Assembly (NCBI GenBank): GCA_965649825.1
Contig: OZ287694.1
Location: 1,797,197 to 1,861,196, forward strand
DNA: 64,000 nucleotides
Reading direction: 5' to 3'
Origin: Penicillus capitatus
Taxonomy: Eukaryota > Plantae > Chlorophyta
The notes under the pieces were generated by a model. The model was given only the letters and a program-made list of their open reading frames with translations. It was not told the DNA's origin and did not search any database. Made by a program: the position numbers and the translations under genes. Of this stretch, positions 13,005 through 23,318 are shown one piece after another. Every line of letters begins with the position of its first letter. Within the stretch, counting starts at the first letter, position 1.

Positions 13005-16000
13005 ATGAGCGACAAAAGCTCCGAAGGGATCTCCCGCGAAGATTACAAACCGACCCCTTTTCTTATCAGCAACATCAAGCTGAAGTTCAGTATCAAGGAC
13101 AAGGTCACGACCGTTCTCGCGACATCAGACTTCACACCCAACCCCGAGTACGAGGATGGCAGTGGCAATGATGGCAGCGCCAAGGATGGCAGCGACGAGT
13201 GCGCGGTTCCCTGCTGCGATGTCGTTCTCAACGGACACGCTGACATGACACTCGTATCCGTTAAAATCGACGATGTTGACGTTCTCGAGAAGGATAAAAC
13301 GTCGACGCCGAACAGTTTGACCCTGCTCAAGGTGCCAATCTGCGACTTCGTTTTGCAAGTGGAGACCGAAATCAAACCACAAGACAACAAGTCGAAGGAA
13401 GGACTTTACATGTCGGGCGGGACTTACACAGAGTCGACTAAAAAGTTGATTCAAGAAGGACTTCAAAAGTCGGGCGGGACTTACGACAGCGAGTCGATTG
13501 AAAAGTTGATTGAAGATGGATTTCAGATGTCGGTCAAGACTTACGACAAAAAGTCGATTGAAAGGTTGATTATAGCACTAGTTCGAAAGTCGGGCGGGAC
13601 TTACAACAGCGAGTCGATTGATAAGTTGCTTGAAGAAGAATTTCAGATGTCGGTCAAGACTTACGACAAAGAGTCGATTAAGAAGTTGATTAAAGAAGCA
13701 ATTCAAAATTCGGGCGGGACTTACAACGAGTCGATTGATAAGTCGCTTGAAGAAGAATTTCAGATTCCGGGCGGGGCTTACGACATAGAGTCGAGTGAAA
13801 AGTTGATAAAAGAAGGAATTCGCATTTCGGGCGGGACTGACAACAACGAGTCGATTGAAGAATTGATCGAAGAAGAAGGACTTTACATTTCGGGCGGGAT
13901 TTTCTGCACGCAGTGTTCGCCGGAAGGATTCCGCCGTATTACGTTTGCGCTCGATCGTCCAGACGTCTTGTCCACTTACGAAGTCCGCATTGAAGCCGAC
14001 AAGGAAAAGTATCCGGTTCTGCTGTCGAATGGCAACCGTACTGGACATGGTGATCTGGAAGATGACGATGGCCGTCATTTTGCTGAATGGCATGACCCCC
14101 GTCCCAAACCATGCTATCTCTTTGCCTTGGTGGCAGGCGATTTGAAATGTGAGAAAAATACGGTTAAGAGAACGAAAGGAGGCGATTTGGAACTGTGTAT
14201 CTACACAAAGAAACCCGACGAAGATGATGAAGAACACGACGAAGATGAAACCAAGCATGCCATGGCATCGCTAAAAAACGCCATGTTATGGGATGAAAAG
14301 CATTTTGGACGCGAGTATGACGATAAATTGACGATGTACAATATTGTGGTGGTCGATGATCTCAAGTTCGAAGCGATGGAAAACCAGTCGCTGAACATTT
14401 TCCAGTCGAGAAATCTGCTGGCATCCTCTAAAAAGAAGACAGATGATGGTTTTTTCTTAGCTCAAGCTACCGTGGCACATGAGTACTTTCACAGTTGGAC
14501 GGGAAATCGCGTCACTCTTCGAGACTGGTTTCAGCTGACGCTGAAAGAAGGACCTACCGTGTGGAGAGAACAGGTAAAGGATCAATCGGCACAAGACTCT
14601 GCACAACCATCACCAGCACCCGATGTTAACAACACGTGTGTGATGCAGGAGTTTTGTTCTGATCAGAATTCGCGTGTTGTCGAGCGCATAAAAAATGTGC
14701 ATAAATTGCGTACCGTAGTGTTCCCCAAAGAATCTAAACCCTCGGCGCATCCGATTCGTCCTCAGTCCTACACCGTGATAGATGACATTTTTAACCCAAT
14801 CACTTACCGAAAGGTTAGATGGAGATCCATCACGAATGTATGCGTGCGGGATCTGGAGTGAGATTTGAGTTTTAGGGTGCAGAAGTGATCAACATGTATC
14901 GCACGATCTTGGGCGATGTCGGATTCCGCAAAGGCATGGATCTGTACTTTGAGCGCTGCGATGGCAAGGCCGCTAGATGCGAAGACCTTCGCGATGCGAT
15001 GTCTGCAGCCAACGGCGACAAAGATCTGTCCACTTTGTTCAGGTGGTATGATCAGGCAGGAACGCCGAATGTCAAGATCAAGACGACCTATAACGAAACC
15101 GATCACACGTACACATTGCATGCGACGCAGCAGACGCCGCCGACAGATAAACAGCCGGAGAAGATCCCTGTGCTCATTCCTCTCCAAATGGCTCTCTTGG
15201 GAAAAGATGGCAAAGAGATGCCACTCAAGTTGAGAGCCGATCCGGTCACTCAGGTCGATCAGGCCGATCCGGTCACTGAGATTGTTTTGGAGTTCGATAC
15301 GGCAGAAGCGACATATGTTTTTGAAGATGTGCCCTCCAAGCCAGTCCTTTCCATTCTCCGTTCCTTCTCGGCTCCAGTGAAGCTCGAGATCGAAGGACAG
15401 ACGGAAGAAGATTTACGTTTCCTTGTTAAAAACGACAGTGACGGGTTCAATAGGTGTCCCTACTGACAGAATGATGTGACGTTTTCGATCCGGTGTGCTT
15501 CTCAGGTGGGATGCAGCTCAACGTCTGTGGAAAGGTATCATTAAGAAGCTCTATGAAGAAGCCCAGAAAGCAGGCCTCGATGCGCCGGAGGGCGAGGTCC
15601 CTCAGGACCTCATCAATATCTACGAATCCGTCTTGAAAGATGAAGATGAAGATGGACAGTTTCGCGCGCTGATTCTGGAACTTCCAAGCAAAAAAGAAAT
15701 GGCCAGCGAGATCCTTGATGTGGATAGAAAGCTGCTGGACAAAGCGATAGAGCATTTTGAGAAAGAATTGGGGACGCGTCTAGAGAACACCTTTCTCGCA
15801 GTCTGGCAAAAGAACATGGCCAAAGGTAATGCATCTTTTATGCATGGATCTCTCACGACAAGCGCTCCTGTAGGTGAAAAATATGAGTTCATTCCTAGCC
15901 AGGTGTCCAAACGCGCCATGAGGGGGATCTGCTCGTCCTATTTGGCCGCGGCCAAGAATACGATTCTTGCCAATCAACTCGAGGATGCCTTTTTAAAAGC

Positions 16001-16666
16001 AGACAATATAACAGATGAGGGTATAATGTCCAATGCCTTGATTAACATGGGCCGCAAGCAGGAGTATGTCAAACTGAGAGACTCTAAGGCAAATTCTTAG
16101 GAAACGTCACATCATTACAAGACACGATGATGACGTGAAGCATGACGTCGTGTCCGAATGTAACAGGGGGTTTTAGAAAACAAAGCCCGATGTTTAAAGA
16201 GCTCTGTTATCTTACCACATGACTGTCTGCGCGCATCGGTACTGATATGCTGAACGAGTTCTACGACAAGTCGAAGGGAGGATTCAGGCCGGAAATGTAT
16301 TGGATCAAGCTGCAGGTCGCGCCTAACACTGAGGGCAACACCGATGCTGTCGAGGAATTGTTTGAGCATCCGGTACACCGTGTGGACAGTCTCAGCAGGG
16401 ACATTGCGATCCTCCAAGGATTTGTCTGCGTCGATTGCTGATAACTCTCACGCGGCAGATGGGTCTGGATACTCCTTCCATTCGACTGAGATCGTCGAGC
16501 TGGCCAAAAGCAACCGTCAATTTCCTGCTGAACTCAGCACGTCGTTGAGACGATGGAAGAAATGGGATCCTGAAGGCCGGGAATGGGTGAAGAGGTACAT
16601 TTAGCAGATCGCAGAGACGTCTGACCTCTCCGATACCATGAAATAGAGCTCGTCGGCCTGAAGTGA
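13005..16666 (+). CDS. pepN: M1-family aminopeptidase N (PepN/alanyl aminopeptidase)-like, with internal repeat insertion and apparently decayed C-terminus
   Basis: [58 protein letters not shown]-x18-[47 protein letters not shown]. Introns 14574-14648, 14814-14875, 15454-15505. After ~16100 the conserved frame needs a frameshift and passes in-frame stops. Confidence 0.9.
13398..13874 (+). repeat. In-frame coding tandem repeat, 8 units of 57-63 nt (477 nt, 159 aa) inside PepN
   Basis: Units start at 13398, 13455, 13515, 13575, 13635, 13695, 13752, 13812 (57,60,60,60,60,57,60,63 nt); consensus E-G-(F/L/I)-Q-x-S-G-G-T-Y-(D/N)-x-E-S-I-(E/D)-K-L-I-E; bounded by two copies of gaaggactttacat(g/t)tcgggcggga. 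Confidence 0.95.
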
Positions 16667-17489
16667 AGGTGGATGCCTGTTTTTTGTGTGTGCGGCAGGA
16701 GGTCGGTCGTCCCGCGCGCCTCCACATCTATTCTGTTATTGTCGGATCGTTGATGGATCAAGCGGTCGTCTCTAAGTCGTGTGTGCTGGTGACGCGTCGT
16801 CATTAAGTCATTAAGGATGTGGCGGTATCGACCGCTCGCGTTCGTTTGTTCTTCGTCTGTGCTCAGTCGTAGCCTCTCGTCTGACGATCTTCTTTGAAAT
16901 CGAAGCTTATGGGCAGTCGTCGGTCGCGTTACCGTGCAATTGATGCCGTCGTTGCAGGCGCATTCCTAATGAGATCGGTGCTTGCGGCGCAGCTCTTTGC
17001 AGATATCGTCCCGCAAGCCGCCGAGAATCTCCTTGCTCTCTGCACTGGTCGTCGCGGCGGACATCGAAGAGGTGTTTGTACATTCGTTTGTGAGACGACA
17101 GGCGAGAATGGCCAAGGAAGAAGCAAAAAGCCATTGCACTATAAGTGATCTACCTTTCACCGCGCTATTCCAGACTTCGTGTGCCAGTAAAACGCGCCGC
17201 CGTCGAGACAAGCGACCGAGTCAGTCATTCAGGAGAGCAAGTAAGATGAAGCTAGTTCGCAGTTCCGAGATACGGAGAGCGCGCTAATGCGACGAGCATG
17301 CTCGGACGGCATCCGACACATGTAACCCTCTTACAGACTACTTGTCCAGAATAGATAGCTGCTCATCCTTCCTTTAGACGAAGTCTTCACTTAAACGCAA
17401 GCGGCGTTATTTTTCTTCTTTAAGTCACCGAAAAAATCTCTGTTTTAAAAGAATACCCACAACAACTGCGTGTTTCAGTAGGACAGAGA

Positions 17490-18896
17490 TCAAGTGGATG
17501 AAGAAGGCGCCTGCAAGTCAGACAAGTCCTCATCCGGTTTGCCCGCCTTGTTTTTCAAAAGCGGATCTTCGACTCTCGCGATAAGCAGAGCCGCGACGAG
17601 ATAGGCTCCCCCGACCATAGGAACGGCAACATTGGATCCCAATGCATCCGTCACTCTTCCGTAAATCATTGGAATCACAATGCCTCCAATCGTCGCTGCT
17701 GAGCTTAACATAGAGGCAGCCACAGAACGCGCCGATGCTTCGCAAGACATAGTTGCCAGCGCCAACACATAGCACCCGCAAACACGCACCGCACTTATAG
17801 CTCCTGTCAGCACCAGAAATCTCAGGAAAAACCCAGTACGTTGTATTCCTATCAAGGAAATCAACATCACGCCTCCAACAGCATACACCGCAGAAGCGAC
17901 TCGGGGTCGATTGCGTACATTCAAACGACGTATCCACAGGGAAAGAAATCCAGAGACGAGAAACGGGATGGCTGTCATAATGATCGCCAGCGTTGCACTG
18001 CTGTGTTTGGAGCCGCACGTCTTGGTGTCTTCGTCGTCTTCGTAGAGCATGTTCTGAATGATGAGTGTTGCCCAGAACATGAGGGTATTGTTCACGCCAG
18101 AAACGATAAGGAAGCTGAATGCGCATACTCTCCACGTTCCATTGGAGACAACGCGTTTCACCGCTTCCCAAAACGATACGTCACACTCGTTCTGGTGGCC
18201 CTCTTGACTCTCGGCAATCCACTCTTTCTCCGCCGTTTCCAGGAAGGGAGCTGTCTGGGGAGAGGCTGGCAAAAAGAAATACACTAATACGGCATACAGC
18301 ATCGGCATGATGCCCTCGACAACGAAAAGCAATCGCCACCCCTTGACGTTCACGTAGGGGCCAAGGCTCAGCAAACCTGCAGAGAGAGGAGACGAAAGCG
18401 GCATCGAGAATGAAATGGTTCCGATAATCACACTGTATGCATTCGTAACATGTTCTGGAGGGTAGAACACGGGGATAATATACCACATTGCTGGAAACGT
18501 GCCACCCTCGGCAATTCCCAAAACAAAGCGAAGGACATAAAACTGCATGGTGTTCTGAATAAACCCCAATGCCGCAGCAACACTGCCCCAAGCAAAGAGG
18601 ATGAAAGAGATCCATGCAGGCGCGCCGAAGCGCTGAAGCATGACGTTGCCTGCCACTTGCGACAGCAGGTAGCCGACGTAGAACAGACTGACCCCTTTGC
18701 CGTAGTCTTCGTGGGTCAGCTTCAGGTCATGACAGAGGTCGTTTGCCGCGTAGCCAATGTTACTGCGGTCGACATAGGACAGGAAGGTGACGCCGGCAAG
18801 GAGAAGCAGAAAACGGCGGTCGAGTTTCCGAATCGTCGAACGAGCGGCGTCCTCTGCTAGAGGAACGTAGGCCACTTGCGACGTTGGCGACCGCAT
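17490..18896 (-). CDS. MFS transporter, anion:cation symporter (TtuB/allantoate permease-like) family, paralogue 1, intronless
   Basis: RKLDRRF, LSYVDRSNIGYA, LFYVGYLLSQVAGN, FYVLRFVLGIAEGGTFP; about 12 hydrophobic segments in 468 aa. Confidence 0.9.
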   Translation of the reverse strand: MRSPTSQVAYVPLAEDAARSTIRKLDRRFLLLLAGVTFLSYVDRSNIGYAANDLCHDLKLTHEDYGKGVSLFYVGYLLSQVAGNVMLQRFGAPAWISFILFAWGSVAAALGFIQNTMQFYVLRFVLGIAEGGTFPAMWYIIPVFYPPEHVTNAYSVIIGTISFSMPLSSPLSAGLLSLGPYVNVKGWRLLFVVEGIMPMLYAVLVYFFLPASPQTAPFLETAEKEWIAESQEGHQNECDVSFWEAVKRVVSNGTWRVCAFSFLIVSGVNNTLMFWATLIIQNMLYEDDEDTKTCGSKHSSATLAIIMTAIPFLVSGFLSLWIRRLNVRNRPRVASAVYAVGGVMLISLIGIQRTGFFLRFLVLTGAISAVRVCGCYVLALATMSCEASARSVAASMLSSAATIGGIVIPMIYGRVTDALGSNVAVPMVGGAYLVAALLIARVEDPLLKNKAGKPDEDLSDLQAPSSST

Positions 18897-19299
18897 CGGG
18901 AAAAACGTTTGCGGACAACAAGACGGCGGATCAACCGAATCTTGACGCGGCGACGGTGGCAGTCGCTCTCAGTATACGATTCTGTTCGTCTGTGGCTGTC
19001 AGCGCGTGCGCGATCACGTCCCGTCATTCAATGTCTTGTCGACGTCGTCTGTCGCCAGTCGTAACGTCACATCCGTCACACGAAAGAATACGTGAACATG
19101 TCAGTCGTGCCTGAATGGTTACACAGAGATGCGACAGACAGTTCGTCCGACCTGAAAGCATGGTAGAAACCAGAAACTACAAGGGAATCTTGAAACCGTA
19201 GATTTTGATCGATCGATCGATCAACTGGATCCATCCAGACATCTCTCGAGGACATGTCGACCATCCAGCAGCGACAAACGAGGATTCGTGCGGCACTCT

Positions 19300-20800
19300 C
19301 TGCTGCATTTGTCAAGAGCACCACTCGATAAGGGTCTGTTTTTCGTCTTCCTAGATCCCTTGGTTGAAACCCCATCAACAAGTTGGCTGGCGACGTCCTG
19401 AGAACCGAATGCTGCGCAGTTCGGACTGCATAGAGTGCGTGACGTAGACTAAGATCCCAATCTGCCTTGTTCGCGACGTGTGCTCTGATAGCCTCTATTA
19501 TAGTTCGGTTGCACCTCTCGACCATCCCGTTGCTTTTAGGTGTCAGTGCCCCCGACGTCATGTGCCTTATCCCATTATTGTCCTTTTCCTTGACACATTC
19601 CACCTCCAAGCAGTAGTCCCTTTACGAGAGCGGACCATCGAGCTAGCCTTCCTGACAGATCATCCTGTTTGAGTAACCAGAGTAGCGGTCTGTGATCTGT
19701 TCCGAGCTTCACGGTCTGCCCTTGAATCAGGTGCCGGAATTTCTTGAGCGCGCACACCAGTAACTCGCGTTCCACGGTGCTGTAATTCTTTTCGGGTTTT
19801 GAGAGCTTCCTGCTGAGAAACTGGATCGATGTAACCGACCAGGCCCATCCCTTTGCTGCAGAACAGCGCCGATACAAACTGCGCTGGCGTCGACTGCTAC
19901 TATCCAAGGTCTGTCAAAACGAGGTTCCGCCAAAGTCGTCATTGCCGAGAGTACCGCCTTCAATTTTGCGAACGCGTTTTCAGCCGCTTCCGTCCACTGA
20001 AACTTTGATGACTTCCGCATCATCTCAGTCAATAGAACTGCCAGCTCTGCAAACTGAGGTACCATCTTCCGGTAAAACCCGATCAGACCGAGGAAGGAAG
20101 AGATCTCCTTCTTGCCCTTGGGCCCTCGCCCATGCTTGAATGACTGAAACCTTCTCTGGACCTGGATGTAGTCCTTCGTTATCGCAGACAAACTCGAGTC
20201 GAGCGCTTGGATAGCCAAACTTGCACTTGGATGGGTTGAGTGAGACGTTATGGGCTTCGAATGCTTCGAGTACCTGACCCAAGAGACTTAGGTGTTTCTC
20301 CCATTCCTTTGTGCCAATGCCAATGTCATCAAAGAAGTTTGCCACTGCTGCATCAGTGTTGTTTCGAGCACGGATTTTTCACGACACAACATGTTGCAGT
20401 TGGGCATAGACTGCTGGTGCACCCTGGAGACCGAATGGCATCACTAACCACCTGAGCCGCCCAAAAAGTGTGAAGAACGCAGTCTATCCTGCCGACGCAC
20501 GATCCATCTTCACGCAGAAGTACCCTCGATACCTATCAACGACGCTATAGAATTGGTGCTGTTAACGCATACACGAGCGGCCGACATCAGACTGAAACTT
20601 AGTAAACACGAACGAACCTCATCTAACAATCGCATCAAATTGACCAAGGCCTTCACAGGTGCCCACTTAGATCCTCGCAGCACTGTTCTAGGTTCGGTAC
20701 GGGCCAAACGGTGCTTACGGTCTTCGCGTTCCACTTCGCGTAGTTCACGCACATCCTTAACTGTCCGTCTTTCTTCCGGGCAAACACGAGGTTTGCTCCT
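19300..20800 (-). mobile_element. Second degenerate Ty3/Gypsy remnant (RT, RNase H, C-terminal integrase fragment)
   Basis: VFARKKDGQLRMCVNY, FFDDIGI, LNPSKCKFG, FLGLIGFYRK, VDASAVCIGAVLQQ, KNYSTVERELL, GTDHRPL, LARWS, then PKSNGMVERCNRTI...SPANLLMG. Many frameshifts; integrase core missing; no LTR seen. Confidence 0.9.
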
Positions 20801-21637
20801 GCGTTTAAGCCACGGGAAACGAGATCCAGTATTAAAAAGGATGAACGCTCACTGTGTCTCACTGAGAACGATTCCACAAAACAAAGCGCAGAGGCCAAGG
20901 GTCGAGCATCCGAGAGATCCATCAATCTTTGTGCGGATCACAGACTCAAGTAAGAATCGTATTTCTGCGTGTTGTATACGAAGTGAATGCCGACGAGCTG
21001 AGCGAACCTTCATTGCGAGCGCTGTTCGCCTGTCATGATGCTATTCTTTGGCGGCGCGTCACCTTGTCTTGTCTGTGTTGTATGAACAGGCAAAGAAGAT
21101 CTCTCTGCGTCGATTTCCTGTGCGCAAACGCACTATGACTCGACGATCAAGAGCAGCAACGACCAAACAGAAGAAGCGTGAACTTGTGCAACGAGGAGAT
21201 CGGAATCTGCGGGGTACTGCATTTTTCTTTCAAAAACGACACCTAGTGGAAGTTACTTCGTTTAGAGAAGTGTTTGGAATACGTTGTATAATGTTTGGCT
21301 TGACGTGTGCTGAATCAAAGTGTCCAAACTGGATGTCGGATTAACAAACTCCGAGTAAACTGGCGTGTCAGAAATGCGCATTCAAGGCATTTGCTAATCG
21401 ACGAAAGAGCAAAAGCTTAGAGAATAAACAAACAATGCATGAGATCGAGGGAATTTCTGTTGGTGAAAACAAATCGGATCCCAATAACTGCGTTCCTTAC
21501 ACACAAGTAAAGTCTAGGCGGATTCGTTCGGTAAACAAGCAATCAAGGCAATGCTTCATTTCACTAACCACAAAATGATAAGGTAAAGAAGCCGGCTACA
21601 AATTAGAGGGACCTTCGTCCGGTCTTTTCGAACCCCT

Positions 21638-22999
21638 CTATAAAAGGGGATCTTTGACGAGCATAATGAGCACAGTCGCAATCAGAAAGAAGCCTCCGAA
21701 CAATGAAATAGAGATATTCGTGCCCACCACATCCATAAGCTTGCCAAAGATCATTGGAAACACGATGGCGCCAATCGTCGCTACCGAATTGTACAGAGAG
21801 GTCGCCACAGAATGCTCCGATACATCGCATGACGTAATCGCCAATGCCACCACATAGCAGAAGCTAACATACCCCGCAGTGATCGCTCCTGTCAACAGCA
21901 ACAGCCGGACTACAAATACGATGTGTGATGTTCCGATCCACGAAATCATCAACGCGCCGCCAACTGTGTAAACGATGGCGGCGGCTCGGGGTCGATTCTG
22001 TACATTCAAGCGACGCGTCCACAGGCAAAACACTCCGCAGACGAGATAGGGAATGGCTGTCATAATGATGGCCAGTGCTGCGCTGCCGTGTTTGGAGCCG
22101 CATGTCTCGGTGTCTCCGTCTCCGTCTCCGTCTCCGTCTCCATAGAGCATGTCTTGAATGAGGAGTGTTGCCCAGAACATGAGGACGCTACTCATGCCAA
22201 AGGCAATCACGCAACAGGCTGTGCACACTCTCCATGTTGCGTTGGCGACAACTCTCTTCATGGCTTCCCAGAACGATACGTCACACTCGTTCTGGTGGCC
22301 CCCTCTACTCTCAATAATCCACTCTATCTCCTCCGCCGTCAAAAACGGAGCTTTTTCGGGAGAAGCTGGCAAGAAGAGGTACACTAACACGGCATACAGC
22401 ATCGGGATGATACCCCCGACAACAAACAGCAATCGCCATCCCTTGACGTTTACGCTGGGGCCGAGGCTTAGCAACCCAGCAAAGAGAGGCGATGAAAGCG
22501 GCATTGAAAATGAAATGGCGGCGAAGATTACGCTGTATGCATCGGTGACATAATCTGGCGGATAGAACATAGGTATAATGTACCATATCGCAGGAAACGA
22601 GCCGCCATGGGCGATTCCCACAGCAAAGCGCAGAACGTAGAACTGCTTCGCATTCTGAATAAACCCCGTTGTCGCGCCGACACAGCCCCAGGCAAAAAGG
22701 ATAAACGAAATCCACGCCGGCGCGCCAAAGCGATTAAGCATGACATTGCCTGCCATTTCTGACAGCAAGTAGCCGACATAGAACAGACTGACCCCGTTGC
22801 CGTATTCCTCGTGGGTCAGCTTCAAGTCTTGACAGAGGTCGTTAGCTGCGTAGACGACGCTGCTGCGGTCGACGTACGACAGAAAAATGACACCGGCACA
22901 CAAAAGCAGAAAACGACGGTCGAGTTTCCGTATCGTTGGAGCGGCGACATCTTCAACGAGTGGAGCCTGCGAACTTTGCGAATCCGTTTCGTCGTTCAT
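21638..22999 (-). CDS. MFS transporter (ACS family), paralogue 2, intronless
   Basis: Clearly homologous along its length to 17490-18896 (RKLDRRFLLL, LSYVDRSSVVYA, LRFAVGIAHGGSFP). ORF track starts at 23095; the ATG at 22999 (MNDETDS) matches paralogue 1 better. Confidence 0.88.
   Translation of the reverse strand: MNDETDSQSSQAPLVEDVAAPTIRKLDRRFLLLCAGVIFLSYVDRSSVVYAANDLCQDLKLTHEEYGNGVSLFYVGYLLSEMAGNVMLNRFGAPAWISFILFAWGCVGATTGFIQNAKQFYVLRFAVGIAHGGSFPAIWYIIPMFYPPDYVTDAYSVIFAAISFSMPLSSPLFAGLLSLGPSVNVKGWRLLFVVGGIIPMLYAVLVYLFLPASPEKAPFLTAEEIEWIIESRGGHQNECDVSFWEAMKRVVANATWRVCTACCVIAFGMSSVLMFWATLLIQDMLYGDGDGDGDGDTETCGSKHGSAALAIIMTAIPYLVCGVFCLWTRRLNVQNRPRAAAIVYTVGGALMISWIGTSHIVFVVRLLLLTGAITAGYVSFCYVVALAITSCDVSEHSVATSLYNSVATIGAIVFPMIFGKLMDVVGTNISISLFGGFFLIATVLIMLVKDPLL
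22112..22141. repeat. (GTCTCC)5 hexamer microsatellite encoding a GD repeat in MFS paralogue 2
   Basis: gtctcc repeated five times; translates as GDGDGDGD on the minus strand where paralogue 1 has EDDED. Confidence 0.9.
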
Positions 23000-23318
23000 T
23001 GGACCCCAAGACACGCGCCGACAGCAAAGAATAATCACGGCGAGCAATGATGCGAAGCGTTTTTTCACTTGGCGAAAATCGATAGCGTCGTTCACAATCG
23101 AATTGTCCGTTGTACATAAGTGTGATGATTCATACTAGTCAGTCTTATCCGTCAAATCTTTTGACGTGACAGCATCTTTCTCCGTTGAGGCAATGAATAA
23201 CGGATTCAGAAAGAGTGACAAACTGCACAGTCGTCACTTGTTTATCATTTACGTCCTGCAGCGACAATTATTTGCCTAGCGACGGCCAACCGTGCTCTCT
23301 ACTGCGTTCTTGCCAGAT

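Noticed and set aside
13398-13874. 60-bp periodic array that could be mistaken for a CRISPR array
   Set aside because: No unique spacers, whole units are homologous, all in frame within a eukaryotic gene, no cas genes.
21580-21640. Possible TAG/TAA-to-Gln genetic code (as in some ulvophytes): a TAG after the MFS2 stop aligns with CAG in MFS1, and TAGs occur in the PepN tail
   Set aside because: RAF2 ends WA-TAG and ISCA1 ends GESFTT-TAA at their family-conserved C-termini, and no conserved intact gene here contains in-frame TAA/TAG; the aligned TAG is better explained by decay after a premature stop.
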